From assembly GCA_013265495.1 (NCBI GenBank), contig MU058198.1:4541779-4605778 (forward strand): 64,000 nucleotides of DNA, written 5' to 3'. Source of the stretch: Vicugna vicugna. Lineage: Eukaryota. Both the position numbers and the translations under genes were made by a program. How positions within the stretch are numbered: position 1 is the first letter of the stretch; the number at the start of each line of letters is the position of its first letter. Shown here one piece after another: positions 25,731 to 38,390 of the stretch. The notes beneath the pieces were generated by a model. That model saw only the letters and a program-made list of their open reading frames with translations. It ran no database searches and had not been told where the DNA came from.

Positions 25731-26284
25731 TGGTTCTGGTTTTGACTTTAAGAACACTTGCTTCTGCTCTTTTGACCCTGAGAACATTTTGAATTCAAGA
25801 CTTTTAATTAGAATTATATCAACTTAGACGGACTTTCCATCCAAAAAGTGTTTTCTGGAGTAAATTCCATTAAGCCAGTTTAATCCCTTGATCAATTTTC
25901 TCCATAGCACGGTTAAACCATTTCCAAAAATGTTAACTCCACTGAGGTTATTTTCATTTCAATCAATTCTTTTCCATTTAAAATTTGAAACAAAATTTGA
26001 TGTATTGATTAGGTATTATCCATAACAAATTTTATTGATTCTGGCTTTCTACTTTGTGTGATAGTCCTTATTTCTATTAAGTTTTTTTTTTTTCTGGGTC
26101 AAAATTTGCAGATCAAATTAAAAAAAAAGTTTGATTCTTCTGTCAATTTGTAGTCAATAACAAGTTTTGTTGTGTGCAGTTTTAGCTGTTACCAGTTTTT
26201 TTTTTAGTGTTGATAATTTATACCAGTAATTTCAAAATCAACCTGTCACAAATTTAATTAAAACAATAAAGCTTTGTATTTCTT

Positions 26285-26428
26285 TTTTTAAAACATTTTT
26301 TAAATTGAGTTATAGTCATTTCACAATGTTGTGTCAAATTCCAGTGTAGAACACAGTTTTTCAGTTACACATCCACATACATATATTCATTGTCACATTT
26401 TTTTTTCACCGTGAGCTACCACAAATAC
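26285..26428 (-). mobile_element. Short lineage-specific L1 3' end
   Basis: T tail plus attgagttatagtcatttcacaatgttgtgtcaaattcc. ctttgtat.tctt occurs on both flanks (TSD-like). Confidence 0.75.
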
Positions 26429-26489
26429 TTTGTATGTCTTATTCACGGGAAATTGTGAAAAATGTTCTCTGCACATGTGTGAGAAAGTC

Positions 26490-26675
26490 AGAAAAGACAA
26501 AAGAGAGGGAGAAGGAGGGAGGGAGAGAGAGAGACAGGAGTGAGAGGAAGGAGGAAGAGGAAAGAGACAAAGAGATAGAAATAGAGATATGTAGAGAAAG
26601 ACACAGATGGACATGAGCCCCAGAGAATGAGAGAGAGGGGAAAAGAGAGAGGGAGAGGCTGGTTGAGAGAGAGGA
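26490..26675. repeat. GA-rich low-complexity tract
   Basis: Seen directly in the sequence. Confidence 0.8.
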
Positions 26676-28902
26676 ATATCGTTTGCCAGGCTCTCAGAAC
26701 TTTGTCTGTGGAGTCAAGGGTGTCTGTATCATCGTCAGCGGGGAGGTCAGGATACGAGGGCAGTGTTTGCTATCGCTTAGTGTTGGGGAGTGAGGTTGTC
26801 CTGAGCAGAGGCAGGAGCTGAGGGCCTCATTGGCCTTAGGCAGGAGCCAGGAGGAGAGGGCAGAAGCCAGCAGGGGTACCCAGACAGCAGCATGTGAGGC
26901 ATTGCTGGCAGCTGGCTCTTCAGGTTCAGTACAGAAGTAGAGATGACCAGGCAACGCCAACCTTGTTTCCAGAATCACTTGAAATAACCTGCAGTTGAGG
27001 CTCTCAGACTCCTGACATCTTCGGTGTTTTCAGAACAAGAGGCCATAGGTGTGAGTTTCCATTGCATCTTAGAAATCCAGGAAAAAAGGGGGCTAGTGCC
27101 TTCCAGAACCTCATTTTCAATGAATATCCATTTCCTATTGGATTAAGCTTAACTTCTGTTAGCACGGAAAACTAGACCCTTCCGAACTTGGGTGGGGTCC
27201 ACCTCTCAAGCCTCCACGCCTGTCTCTCCACGCGCGCGCGCACTTCTCTCAGGCTGCTTGGGATGGTTGCTGTTCGCAGAGCACCCACCCCCGACCCTTT
27301 CTCTCTGTGTCAGTTTTGCCTAGAATTCCATTTCCTCATCTTCTGCCTAGAAAACTCTTATATATCCTTCTAAACCCTGTCTGAAGGGGTTCTTTCTTTT
27401 GTCAATGGGGTAGTGGGTGGAAGAGACGTGGGGGGACTGTTCTGAATGTGCAGCACAGGGGAGTGACTGGGGCAAACTGTGTGTGTGTGGTGGCGTGGAG
27501 GGGCAGACTTAGAGGGGCTGGGACGCAATCCAGGACTCGGAGGGGACCTGAGAGAAACGGACATTTGGGAGGGACTGGGGAGATGGGAAGGTCTGAAGGA
27601 GACTGAGGGGACGGAGGCTTAGACTCGCAGGATGTCCCAGAGAGTGTGAGGGGAGGGAGCATGTGAAGAGTTGGGTGTGACCAGAGGAAGCTGGAAGTCA
27701 GTAGAAGCTGGGGTTGGGGAGAGTCACTTCAGCACACCTCTGTCCTCTCCAGCACCCCAGGGAGACCCTAACACGGCACTGGACGCATTGGGTGCCGGGT
27801 GCTGTGTCTCTTGCCCCGTGGAGTCTGTGAGCGCCTCTCTCGTCCTGGGACGCGGTTGGGAGGAGTGTGCAATGACTGAGCTTCCATGCCCATGGGAGGG
27901 ACTCTTCGGAGAGAAGGAATGAGCTGGGAGGCAGGCACCCCCCACCCCCCATAATTCCCTTTAGGAGGTATCTGCTGATCTTTCCTCAGGACAGTCTCTA
28001 CCACATCACTCAGCCATGCTGTTAAAGCACCAGGATGCTGTTAAAGCACTAATTCTTACTCAAATCCCCCCAACATTCTTCCGCATGGCACCTGGTCGTC
28101 TCCCTCACTGGGTAGAACCCAGGTTGAGACTTGAGGTCTTCACCTGAATTTTCTTTTGAACTTAAGGTCTCATCAGGTTCTTTGCCTGGGCTGTGTCCTG
28201 GGCTGGCGGTGACGATCATTTGCTAAGAGTTGCCAGGTTGAAAGAGAAACGTAAGGTGAATTCACCTAATGGGGACATCTGGAGAAAAAAAGTGTCCGCA
28301 ATTCTCTAAGGAACTGCTGGTGTTTGACCCTGTGTGACCCCACGCAAGCCGCTCGATCTGTCTGAGCCTGAATTTCTACCTCTTCAAAGTGGGGATCAAA
28401 TAGCTATCTTTTAGGGCTGTTGTAATAAGTAAATATGTTATGGTACATTTAGAGTTTCTTTTTTCTATTTAGATTTTAATATTGTTTCAATTGATTTTTG
28501 GGTCTGGTGTAAGGTTGGAATTTAACTTAAATTTTTTCCTGAATGAATAGACCATTGTACCAAACACTATTTATTAAATAGCCCCCTCTTGCCTTCATCA
28601 ATGAGAAATCCCACTTTCATTGTACACTGAATTCTGACCTGTCCCTTTCTGGACACTCATATTGCGTTCTGTTAATCCGTTGGCCTGTTCCTGGGCTAGT
28701 GTCACACTGTTTTATTCTTGCAGCTTCATAATCAGTTATGATGTGTGGTCCTTTGTCATTGTTCTTCTATTTCTAGATTTTTTGGGGCTGTTCTTAGGCA
28801 AATGTCTTTTCTTCCTGGATGAAAGTTCTTGTCAAGTTACTAAGTTCCAAAAACACTGGGGCTCAATTCTAACTACATACAATTCTACAGGGATTCAGGG
28901 AA

Positions 28903-29237
28903 TGTCTTAGTCAGCTGTGACAAAATACCTTAGACTGGGCGGTTTAAACAATAGCAGTTTATTTCTCACAGTACTGGAGGCTTGAAGTCCAAGATCAGGG
29001 TGCTGGCATGGTTGGGATCTGGTGAGCAGTGGGCCTCTTTCTTGCTGTGTCCTCACATGGTGGAGAGACAGAGAACACTGGTGTCTCATCCTCTTTTAAT
29101 AAGGGCATTCATTCTATTATGAGGACATCACCTGGTCCTAATCACCTCCTTAAGTCCCCCCTCCAAATGCCATCACACTGGGGATTAGGACTTCAACATA
29201 GGAATTTGGGGAGAACACAAACATTCAATCCATAGCA
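28903..29237 (-). mobile_element. MLT1A-type MaLR solo LTR
   Basis: TG...CA ends. The minus strand begins TGCTATGGATTGAATGTTTGTG, like MLT1A0. Sits within an old minus-strand L1 fragment. Confidence 0.85.
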
Positions 29238-29973
29238 AGGAGAAATGACATCTCTTTGAAATAGTGACTTTTCCTAATTAGGAGTATTTCCATTTACTCA
29301 GATTTTCTTTCTTGCCCTTTGATATTTTCTTTATATAAAATGTGTTCTTTCACATTTTAAATTAAAAGTTTTCCTGGGTAACTATATTACAAGTGTTATC
29401 TCAGTCATTTTGCTTTCCCATGAGATCCTCATCACATTCGTGTGGGACGGTGATTCTGCCTGGCCCCATTTCCCTCTCTGCCCACCACACTCAGGTCGTG
29501 TGGTTATTGCAGGGGCTGCCACATGAGGACAGTTTGACCCTGCTCCCCTGGGAGCCTTTACTTAGGCCAACAGAGGATGCGCTTGGAAGGGCAGGCATGG
29601 CCTCTCCAGGACTGGCAGCATTCTGTAGACATCTGGACTGTCCTGACATCAGGGTCTCAGAAGCAAGGGCCAGCTGTGGAAATGGAGCCCGGAAAAACTA
29701 GACTTTCCATCCCACGTAAGTTAGAGTGGCCTCCAGAAACAAGAGATGAATCTTGTTGCATCTAAGAGGCCAGCCTAGCAGAAAACTTCAATCCAGCAGC
29801 AGCACTCAAGCACACAGAGCAGCCAGGTGTGGCACAGAATGCAGAGAGATTTTCTGTGGCAACACACAGAAAGGTGGGGTGGATGGAGGGCTTGGTGCCT
29901 GCAGCTGTGAGCTCCTGTGCCATTAGGTGACCAGTTAGTTTGGACAACATGGCGGGGGGATGGTGTAAATAAG

Positions 29974-30582
29974 TGTCAACAAAAAATTAATCAGTTGATC
30001 TAAGAAAGAAATGGGAAGTTCTGTTTGAGCCAAATTGAGTGTTATAACCAGGGAACAGCTCAGAAAGCTCCAAGAAGTGTTCTGCCCATTGAAGTCAAGG
30101 CACAGTTATATGTATTTTTAATTAATTAATTCTGTTTTTGGTGGGGGGAGGTAATTAGGTTTATATAGAATATATTTATTCTCAGGAGGTAGTGGGATTG
30201 AACCTAGGACCTCATGTATGCTAAGCATGCACTCTACCACTTGAGCTATACCCTCCCCTCCATTTGTAGAGACACAGGGCTATACATTAAATGACGTGTT
30301 TGAGCGTTTGCACGGTCCAGATCTGTAAGTACAAAGTGGTGGGTCACTGTGACCCCTTAAAATATCAAGAGGGAATGTCGTCTTTTAAGGAGCTGTCTTG
30401 TTGGTGCTGGAGAATGTTGCTCTTTATGGTCGAGCAGCGTTTCTGCCTATGGGGCGGTTTGGTCTATGTGGAATGCAGATACGCTGTGCACAGAAGAGGG
30501 GAGAGAGGAGGCCAGAGGGCCGAGAACATTTTTTATGTCTACATTTTTCTTATTGTGTGTTAAATATGAATTTTATTTCACA
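29974..30582 (-). mobile_element. ERV1-class solo LTR with nested SINE
   Basis: Ends TG...CA, with an exact 4-bp TSD TAAG at 29970-29973 and 30583-30586. A 4-bp TSD is typical of ERV1. Confidence 0.8.
30112..30260 (-). mobile_element. tRNA-derived SINE (vic-1-like) inserted in the LTR
   Basis: ggattgaacctaggacctcatgtatgctaagcatgcactctaccacttgagctataccctcccc is the reverse complement of the 2302 copy type. Confidence 0.9.
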
Positions 30583-31484
30583 TAAGTAACACAGACAAGA
30601 TGAGAACTGACATTTGTTTAATTTCAGAGTCTGGGTTCTGTCTCTAGGTGCTCCCGAGACTGCTGTCCCCTCAGTCCCTTAAACACATCCACCTTCTCTA
30701 TCCTCCATACCTTCCTTGACTTCTTGTTCTGCACACATCCCTGCCTCCTCCCTTGCGTCATCCACCCAACCTCTGCTCTCTGTCACCCTTTATTTTGGTG
30801 GCTTTGGCTGACCAGGAGGCTCCTCGGTTTCCTGGAGCAGGGGACAGTCCATAAGACCAAGGAGAAATATCTCTTTCCTCCTTTATCTCTCTCCCTCCAC
30901 AGAGCAGATCACTCAGCATAAAAGCTTTGAGCCACCTGAAATACCAGATTGTTCGATAAATGACACATAACCCGAAAATAGGCTTTATAACCTGGAATAA
31001 CAAATAAGCACGTTTCCCCCCCCTCCATACCTGCAGTGCCCTGTGCGAGCCGAGTGCTTCCATCTAAATTCAAGCAGATTGGGCAATTTTCTCATCCTTC
31101 CTCATGTCCACAGCTCAGCGCAGAGGAAGAGGGTGCTGTCATTTTGTCTGGGCTCTTTGCTTCAAGTTGTAATTGTTGAGGTTAGCCTGACACCCGATGG
31201 GAGATCTGTAATTAATGCCTCTCTCAGGTGGCACAAAGGGAAGGGAACACAGAGGGACCTTTCTTTTTTCTATTGAGATGGAAATTCAACAGTCAGCTTA
31301 AGCACTCTTCGAGTACCTACTATGCGCAGATTGCTGTTTAGGACTGGGGCTACAGAGTTGAGCAAATAATCCCTAGCTCGAGGGACACAGCCTTTGCAGA
31401 CGCAGGAATTGTCAGCAAAGGACAATGAAACAAGGTAAGTGTGATAAGGAAAATGCTCACAGAATGCTCTGGCAATAGGACAGA

Positions 31485-32120
31485 GTTAGAGAAAATATAT
31501 TTGCAATACGTATGACAGATAAAACTGTATAGTGAGCTGTCACAAACGGATGAGCAATTTACTAACACCCAACAGAAAAATAGAAAAAGGATGAATGGGA
31601 TCATCCAAGTGGCCAATAAATATATGACAATCAAAACAAGACACTATTTTACCCCTGGCAGGCTGGGAAAAATTTGAAGTGAAGGGAAATGCCTGGAGCT
31701 GGCAAGGATGCTGGGAGAAATATGTGTTCTCATGTATCATTGGTGGAAATGTGAATCATTAGTCATTTTGGGACTATAATCATGCCACATTTATTCAACT
31801 TAAAAATATATATACTCTTAGGTACACCTGAATCTCACACAACATTGTAATCAAGTATACTTCAATAAGAAATATACATACTGTTTGTTTTGCTTTGATT
31901 GGCCCCAGTATGGGACATCTATTCTATATAAATGAAATTATTTATTGAGGCAATAAAACTGAAAAGAGTTAAGCGTGGCCCTTCCATATTACAGAATATT
32001 AGGTAGCTAATAAAAAGTATGAATTAGATTTATGGATATTGACCTGAAAAGCTATTCATTGTATATTATTAATGATACAGCAAGTTGCATAGGAATGTAT
32101 ATAATATGACTTTGTTTTAG
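31485..32120 (+). mobile_element. Old L1 (L1ME) ORF2 end/3'UTR fossil
   Basis: gagaaaatatatttgcaa..tatgacagataa, ggccaataaatatatga, cattggtggaaatgtgaat. Confidence 0.65.
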
Positions 32121-32315
32121 CAGAAACAATGACAAAACTGTGTGTGTGTTTGTGTGTGTGTGCATTTGTAAATATTTAAATGAGTATGGAGAAAGAATAA
32201 AAGGTTATACTTCAGGCTCTTAACACATAATTTTGTGGGAAAGAGGGAGGAAAGGAGAGAGGATAAGAGAGACTCTTTCTTCTTCATAAAGTTTTCTTTT
32301 TTCATAAGAACTGGT

Positions 32316-34390
32316 TTCAGATTTTCTGCTTTTGGAAAGATGAAGTAGATGGACTCTTCCCTATTCCTCCTGCTACGTGAAATCAAAACTCCTGGACATT
32401 GTATATAAAATAAACATAAGAAGACTCTGAAAGATGGAGAGAAGGAGGCAGACTGGCTGGGGACCTGGAAACAACATATTGATGAGTTCACTTGGTTTTA
32501 TGTTCACTTCATATCCCAGACTGGGAGCTGCAGAAGCCAGAAATGCTAGTGAGGCAGACAAAAAAAAAAAAAAAAAAGCACCCTCTTTAGATAATAACTG
32601 CTCTACACCAGCCAAACACTACAGAAATTTGTGGCCCCACTCCCAACCACACTGGCAAAAGCTGAGTGGGGAGCCTTGTTTTGCAGTTTTGTGAGACTCT
32701 GGTGAGGTGCTCCAGCTCCCACGGTGGGTAGTATCAGAGAATGCTGATTAGGAAGCTGGGATTTTATCTGTTATCTCTGCCAGCCAGTAAAAAGTCCCCC
32801 AGCCTCATCCTGTAGTGTCGGTGGAGACCACGTGGAGAGTCTGGACTTCCACCCCTACCTGGCATTAATGAGGCTCTTCTCCCTACCCCCTCTGGAGTGG
32901 TACCAGAGGAAGCCTAGGCAGAATAATGGCTTTTGTCATGGCTGAGAAGTAACAAAGCCACTCCCACTGAGGTGTCCATTGAGACCACCTGGGGAGCAGG
33001 AACTCCCACCCCTTACAGGACTGAGGAATCCTCAACATGGATGTCAACCCAAAGACTAAGTGGGGAACCTGCATTTCTACCTTCATCTGCCAGGAGTGAG
33101 AAGCATGCCCTCTTTTGCTTCTAGAGTGGTATCAGAAAAATCCAATTAAACCAGAAGGTTTAAGATCTGAAGTCTCATAACATAATATGAAAATGTTCAG
33201 ATTTCAGTTGAAAATCACTTATCAATCCAAGAATCAGGAAGATCTCAAACTGAATGAAATGATAATCAATAGATGCCGACACTGACATGACGGAGATGTT
33301 AGAGCTATCTGACAGTGGTTTTGAGGCAGCCATGATGAAAATGCTTCAGGAGGCATTTGTAAACATGCTTGAAACGAATGAAAAATAGACAGTTCAGCAG
33401 AGAAACAGAAGACATAAAGAAGAACCAAGTGGAAATAATGGAACTTAAAAATACAATAACTGAAATAAAAAGCTCAGTAAATGGGCTAATAACAGGATAG
33501 AGGGGACAGAAGAATCAGTGAACTGGAAGATAGAACAACAGAAATTACCTGATCTGAACAGAGATAAATGGACCAAAAAAAAAAAAAAAAAGGATGCTCA
33601 AGGACCTGTAGGACTGTAACAAAAAGATCTAATATTTATGTTATCAAAGTTCCAGAAAGAAAGGAAAACAAGGATGAAGCTAAAAATGTACTTGAAGAGA
33701 TAGTGGCTGAAAATTCCACAATTTGGCAAAAGACATAAACCTACAGATTTAAGAAGATGAATGAACTCCCCAAAGGGTAAACCCAAAGAAATTCAGGCCA
33801 AGATATATCATAGTTAAACTCTGACAACTAAAGACATAGAGAAAATCCTGAAAGCAGCCAGAGAAAAATGACACCTTACCTGTAGGGGAAAAAGAATTTG
33901 AGTGACAGTAGATTTCTAATCAGGAACTGTGGAGTTCATAAAGAGATGGTGTAATATTTTTAAAATTCAGAAATAAAATAAAAGGCAATTAAGAACCATA
34001 TACTCAGTGAAAGTATCCTTCATGAATAAAGAAGAAATCAGACATTTTCAGATGAAGGAAAACAAAGAGACTTTCTTACCAGCAGACCTGCACTAAAATA
34101 ATGGCTAAAGGATGTTCTCTAAGCTGAAAGAACATGGTAAAAGAAAGAAAGGATCTTGGCACACGAGGAAGGAAGAAAGAAGGAAGCAAAAATATGGGAA
34201 ATGCAGTAGGCGTTTCTTCTCTTGAGTTTCCTAAATCATATTTGACAATTGAAGCAAAAATATAACACTACTGGATGTGGTTCTAAACATAGGTGAAAGA
34301 AATACTTAGAACAATTATAAATTGAAGGGAGGTAAGGTTTCTATACTTCACGTGAACCAGTACAATTGTGACACCAGTAGACTGTACACT
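32316..34390 (+). mobile_element. Old LINE-1 5'UTR plus degenerate ORF1 (L1MC/L1MD-type)
   Basis: 5'-end-like aagatgaagtagatggactc. ORF1-like motifs aatcagtgaactggaagataga, aatcctgaaagcagccagagaaaa, ttaccagcagacctgcacta. Confidence 0.75.
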
Positions 34391-37300
34391 AGTAACCAAA
34401 TACGGCTAATTGCCTTTGACATCCCTTCTTGCGTTAACTCGGTAATGATTAGGTCCTCAAGCCCACTCTTACCGCATCAAACAGGCTTTGGAATCTAACT
34501 TATGCTTATATCAAATCACAGTGTTTCGGCCTCGTCACTCCTGTTTGATGCTGCCAGCTCATAGCATCGGTGCCTGACTCTGCCCGAGTGAGGAAAGAAA
34601 AGAAAGCTCTCAGATTTTCACATTCTCCGAGTGACAGTGTCAGGCTTCTGCAGGGGGCAGGGAGGGAGGGGCCCTCAAGGGCGTCTGCCCTCTCCATTTA
34701 GGAGCCCTGACAGGGGCAGTAGAAGGAACATCCCCAGGAGTTTGGTGTCACCTCAAGTTCCCTGCAACCCCATCTTGAAGTGCCCCTCTTACAGCCAGGA
34801 TGAAATCCACAAGAGATTTGTTTCAAGAGGGACCTCAGTATCCTTGATTTATGGCCTGATTCAACTGAGGACTATCAGCTCTTTCAAATAAGTGTAAAAC
34901 GGACAGATTTGAAGTGCCAGGATGTCACAGTGAAACAAAAGCTTTATTTCTTTCAGCTTCAGATCCATACGTGTAGCATCTTCCTATGTCCCAGGCCCTT
35001 TCATACAGTTTTTTGAAGCAACTATTTGTATGGCAGATGTCAACTCCCTGGGCGTTCCTAAGTCCCTGAGCACACTGGGTTCACCTTGTCCCCTGAAATT
35101 TAAATCAAATTGGTGTTGGCCTTGCAAACATCAAAGTTCCCTGGGGAATAATGGCAGCTTCCCTGTTTAGAGGTGTGGGCAGGATTAAGGAGCCAACAAG
35201 AGTTGGTGAAGCACCCGGGAATAGCAACAGTGAAGAGTCATTACCATTGTGGGGGAGGGATGGGAGAGAAGCAGTGTTCCTGCAACGTGGGAGCCCTGGA
35301 AGTGGGAGGGGGCCAGCCAGTCAGGAGTGGCAGTAGGGGGCCTTGGGGGCCAGGAGTAAATACCCCACCCCCTGTGTCCTCCCACTCTTTGAGCTCTTGC
35401 TGTCACCTCCCACTGGCTGCTTCTACCCAACAGGTGAGGCATCCCTGGGGATTTAATCTGCAGAGGTCATTGCCCTCCCTGAGCACACAGCAGAGCAGGG
35501 AAGAGCGTGGAAGGGACCAGGACCAATCTCAATCCCGTACACAGGAGAAAACCCAATTTTTCTGCAAGTTCTTAGGCTTACGCTAGAAACAGGAAAGGAG
35601 ACCTGTAGAAGCGAGGTGATACTGCCACAACAAACAACCTCTACATCTTACAGTGTTACCCTAGCAGCCCCATGCAGGGCTCAGCTCCATGTGGTCACTC
35701 AGGGACCCAAGCTAATGGTGCTCTGCCTTCTGGAGGTTCCAAAGGGAACAGGAAGCCTTCTCAGTGCTGAGGGTGAAAGGGAATTGTGCATGTGCTTTTC
35801 ACTGCTTCATCCTGGGAGTAACAGCCACCATCTCCACTCATTTAATTGGTCCTCTCTTGTTTTCTAATGTCAGTTCCTTACCCTCCTTGAAATCCCTTCC
35901 TTTTTCCTTTGAATTTCTCCCCTCTTCCCACTAGCTTCCTTAACACTAAATTCCTTTTCCTTTCTTATTCAGAAAATTTAGTTTTTCACTTACTCCAGAC
36001 TAACCTGATCTTGTTTAGAATGTCTTATTTCCATAAGCCAAACGCCCTACTGAAGTATATTCTTATGAAAAGATAAGTCACTTCTCTTCTTGAGAGAAAA
36101 TCTGAGGTCAGCTTTTAAGGAGATTCAATGTTGTTTCTTCACATATAATTTCTCCATTAAAAAAAAATGATGACATTGAGAGTCAGAGAGGAGTGTGACT
36201 TACCCAGGGTCATACAGGATTTGACTGATTTCCTCACTCTGTGTCCGTAGCTCTTTCCTGTATCCTGCACCACCTCCCTCTGTGTATGCTTTTCTTGGAA
36301 AAACCACTCTTCCCTTAATACCATCTGCCTGGTTTTTCTTTTAATCTTGTGCAGTTGAGCTCTGCATATAAAGAAGCCAACACCTTGGTGAGAATCATTA
36401 ATTTTCAGAAGCTTTTATTTCAGTGACTCCAAAGATAATTGCTAAAAATAGGTGCACTCCCTGCAAGACGCAGTTAAAATCAACTCATTTTGTGGTCAGG
36501 GCTCCCAAAGGCATGAAGATGTGCAGAGCATGCAAGTGCTTGAGCAGCCGTGACAAATTTCCCCCATGGTTGGGCGTGCAGTAAATAATGATTTTCTCAG
36601 AGGCAGCCTTTGGTGCTCCGAGTTGGAGGTGGGTGAGTACAGATGCCTGGAGATGTCTAGGTAGGCCTGGGATTTTCCAGAAGGGAACATGCATCCTTTT
36701 CCATGAATACAGGAGTACAGAGAGGAGAGAGGTTCCTGGGGACCACACATCTGGGATTACTAGTATTTCAGAAGTCCACAAATATGTTCTCTGCCTAAGA
36801 AACCTTCAATTAATGTTGATAATATTCTTTAGCGTCTGAAGGAGACATTCCAGTTGGTATCAGTTCAAGGTCTAAAAGAATTAGCAGCAGGTCGTAAGTG
36901 GGCTCCATTCCTATTTTCTCTTTGGCCCATAGAGGAAGGTAGTTCTGTTCACTCCTCTGCTTTCTAATAAATGTGGGGAGGAAGCTTATGCACTTGGCAA
37001 GACTTGGCTTACTTTCTTGTTGGGTGTCCCAGTGGGCACACTTACATCTTTCCTTCTCACACTGTCCGTGGTCTTCCTCCTTCCATCTCTCCTTCTTTCT
37101 TCTTCTCTCTCTCCCTGCCTCCCTCTATCTCTCTCCCCTCCTCCTTTGGACCCGTCTCCTCCCAGATACAGCAAGGGTTGGCATGTCTTTCTCCTTGTGA
37201 AGACCAGGCAGCCTCCTCTGTGTTTGCTCCAGCTTCTCAGCCTGTAACTGGGTGGGTAACTGGATCATGCAGGTCTCAGAGTACAGATTTGTAAGGGGAG

Positions 37301-37799
37301 CCATGTAATGTTCTCCAAATTCAGTTCTACAAGTAAAAACTAACTCTTCCCTTGGGTCCTTGCATCATTTTTTTTCAGATGTGTTAGAATCCATGTGGAG
37401 AGGAAAAGGCCTGCCTGATGTCCCTGAACTTTCAACATACAGAGAGTAGGCTGAGAGGTTAAAACTTCCACACAAGGACTAGCACTTGAGAGGAAAGAAC
37501 AAGGTGGGGTGACAGATGCTGCTGATGGGGCCCCCAAGGCCAAGGTCAGCTCTTGAAGGCAGAAGGTTTCAGCAGTTGGAAGACTTCAGTATAGATGGAC
37601 ACCAGGGGCTGTGAACCTAAATATTTTGTAGTCACAGGTGGTTTTGACAGATGTGGGTCGTATGTTGTAGGACTTCAGCTGGGGCCCTCAGAGTCAGTGC
37701 CTGGGGTTAGAGAGTGAAGAGATTCATCCTAGGTGAGGTCAAGAAGACTTTACCAGGCATTGAAACAATCAAAGATCCTTGTCTTGGTTGAAGGTACTC

Positions 37800-38390
37800 G
37801 TATTTTTCTTGAGCCAGGTTTTTCTAAGCTATCGTAGGAGTCACCATGTTGGAAAAGGCAAGATATTATTAAGAGCCAGAGGAACTTTCTGCGACACGGG
37901 CTTCTCCTTAATCACAGCCACAAGGCAAGAGGGCCAGTGTAAGGACTGGGTGGAGGTATTTTGTGCATCCTCTCCATGCCATGGCCCACCTCTAATTTCA
38001 AGGTTGGAGCTGGAGGACCATCCCCATGGATGCTGGCAACATTCTGCTAAGTGTCTTATCTTCACTTTCACACCTTAGTATATTTTCTGAAGCCACATGA
38101 CAGTCTGAAAGAGCAGGGAAGTTAACAAACCCCAAGGAAACCCTCAAAGGATAAGGATGGGAGGCAGTGAACAAAGACCCCCACCACTTGTCCTTCAGAG
38201 GGACAATTCTGAGGCACAATACTGGTCCTCAAAGGGTCACCAGTGGGGTTGAGCCCCAGCTGCCCACAGTATTAACCTGCTTGGACCTGCCCCTTTGTGA
38301 CAGTTACCTTTTCTATGCCCCCCTCTCACCACCCCCTTACTGTTGCTTCCAGGGGCTACATCCCACATCAGCTCCCTGCACCCAAGTCCT
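37800..38390. mobile_element. LTR-retrotransposon fossil (MaLR/ERVL-type)
   Basis: Degenerate LTR-type motifs (cccaaggaaaccctcaa, gggacaattctgagg, ctccctgcacccaagtcctcag). Confidence 0.4.

Noticed and set aside
34515..34545. Hammerhead ribozyme-like string on the minus strand (GTGACGAGGCCGAAAC)
   Set aside because: The core needs CUGANGA but has G at the first position, stem II is essentially absent, and there is no NUH cleavage site with a pairable stem I.
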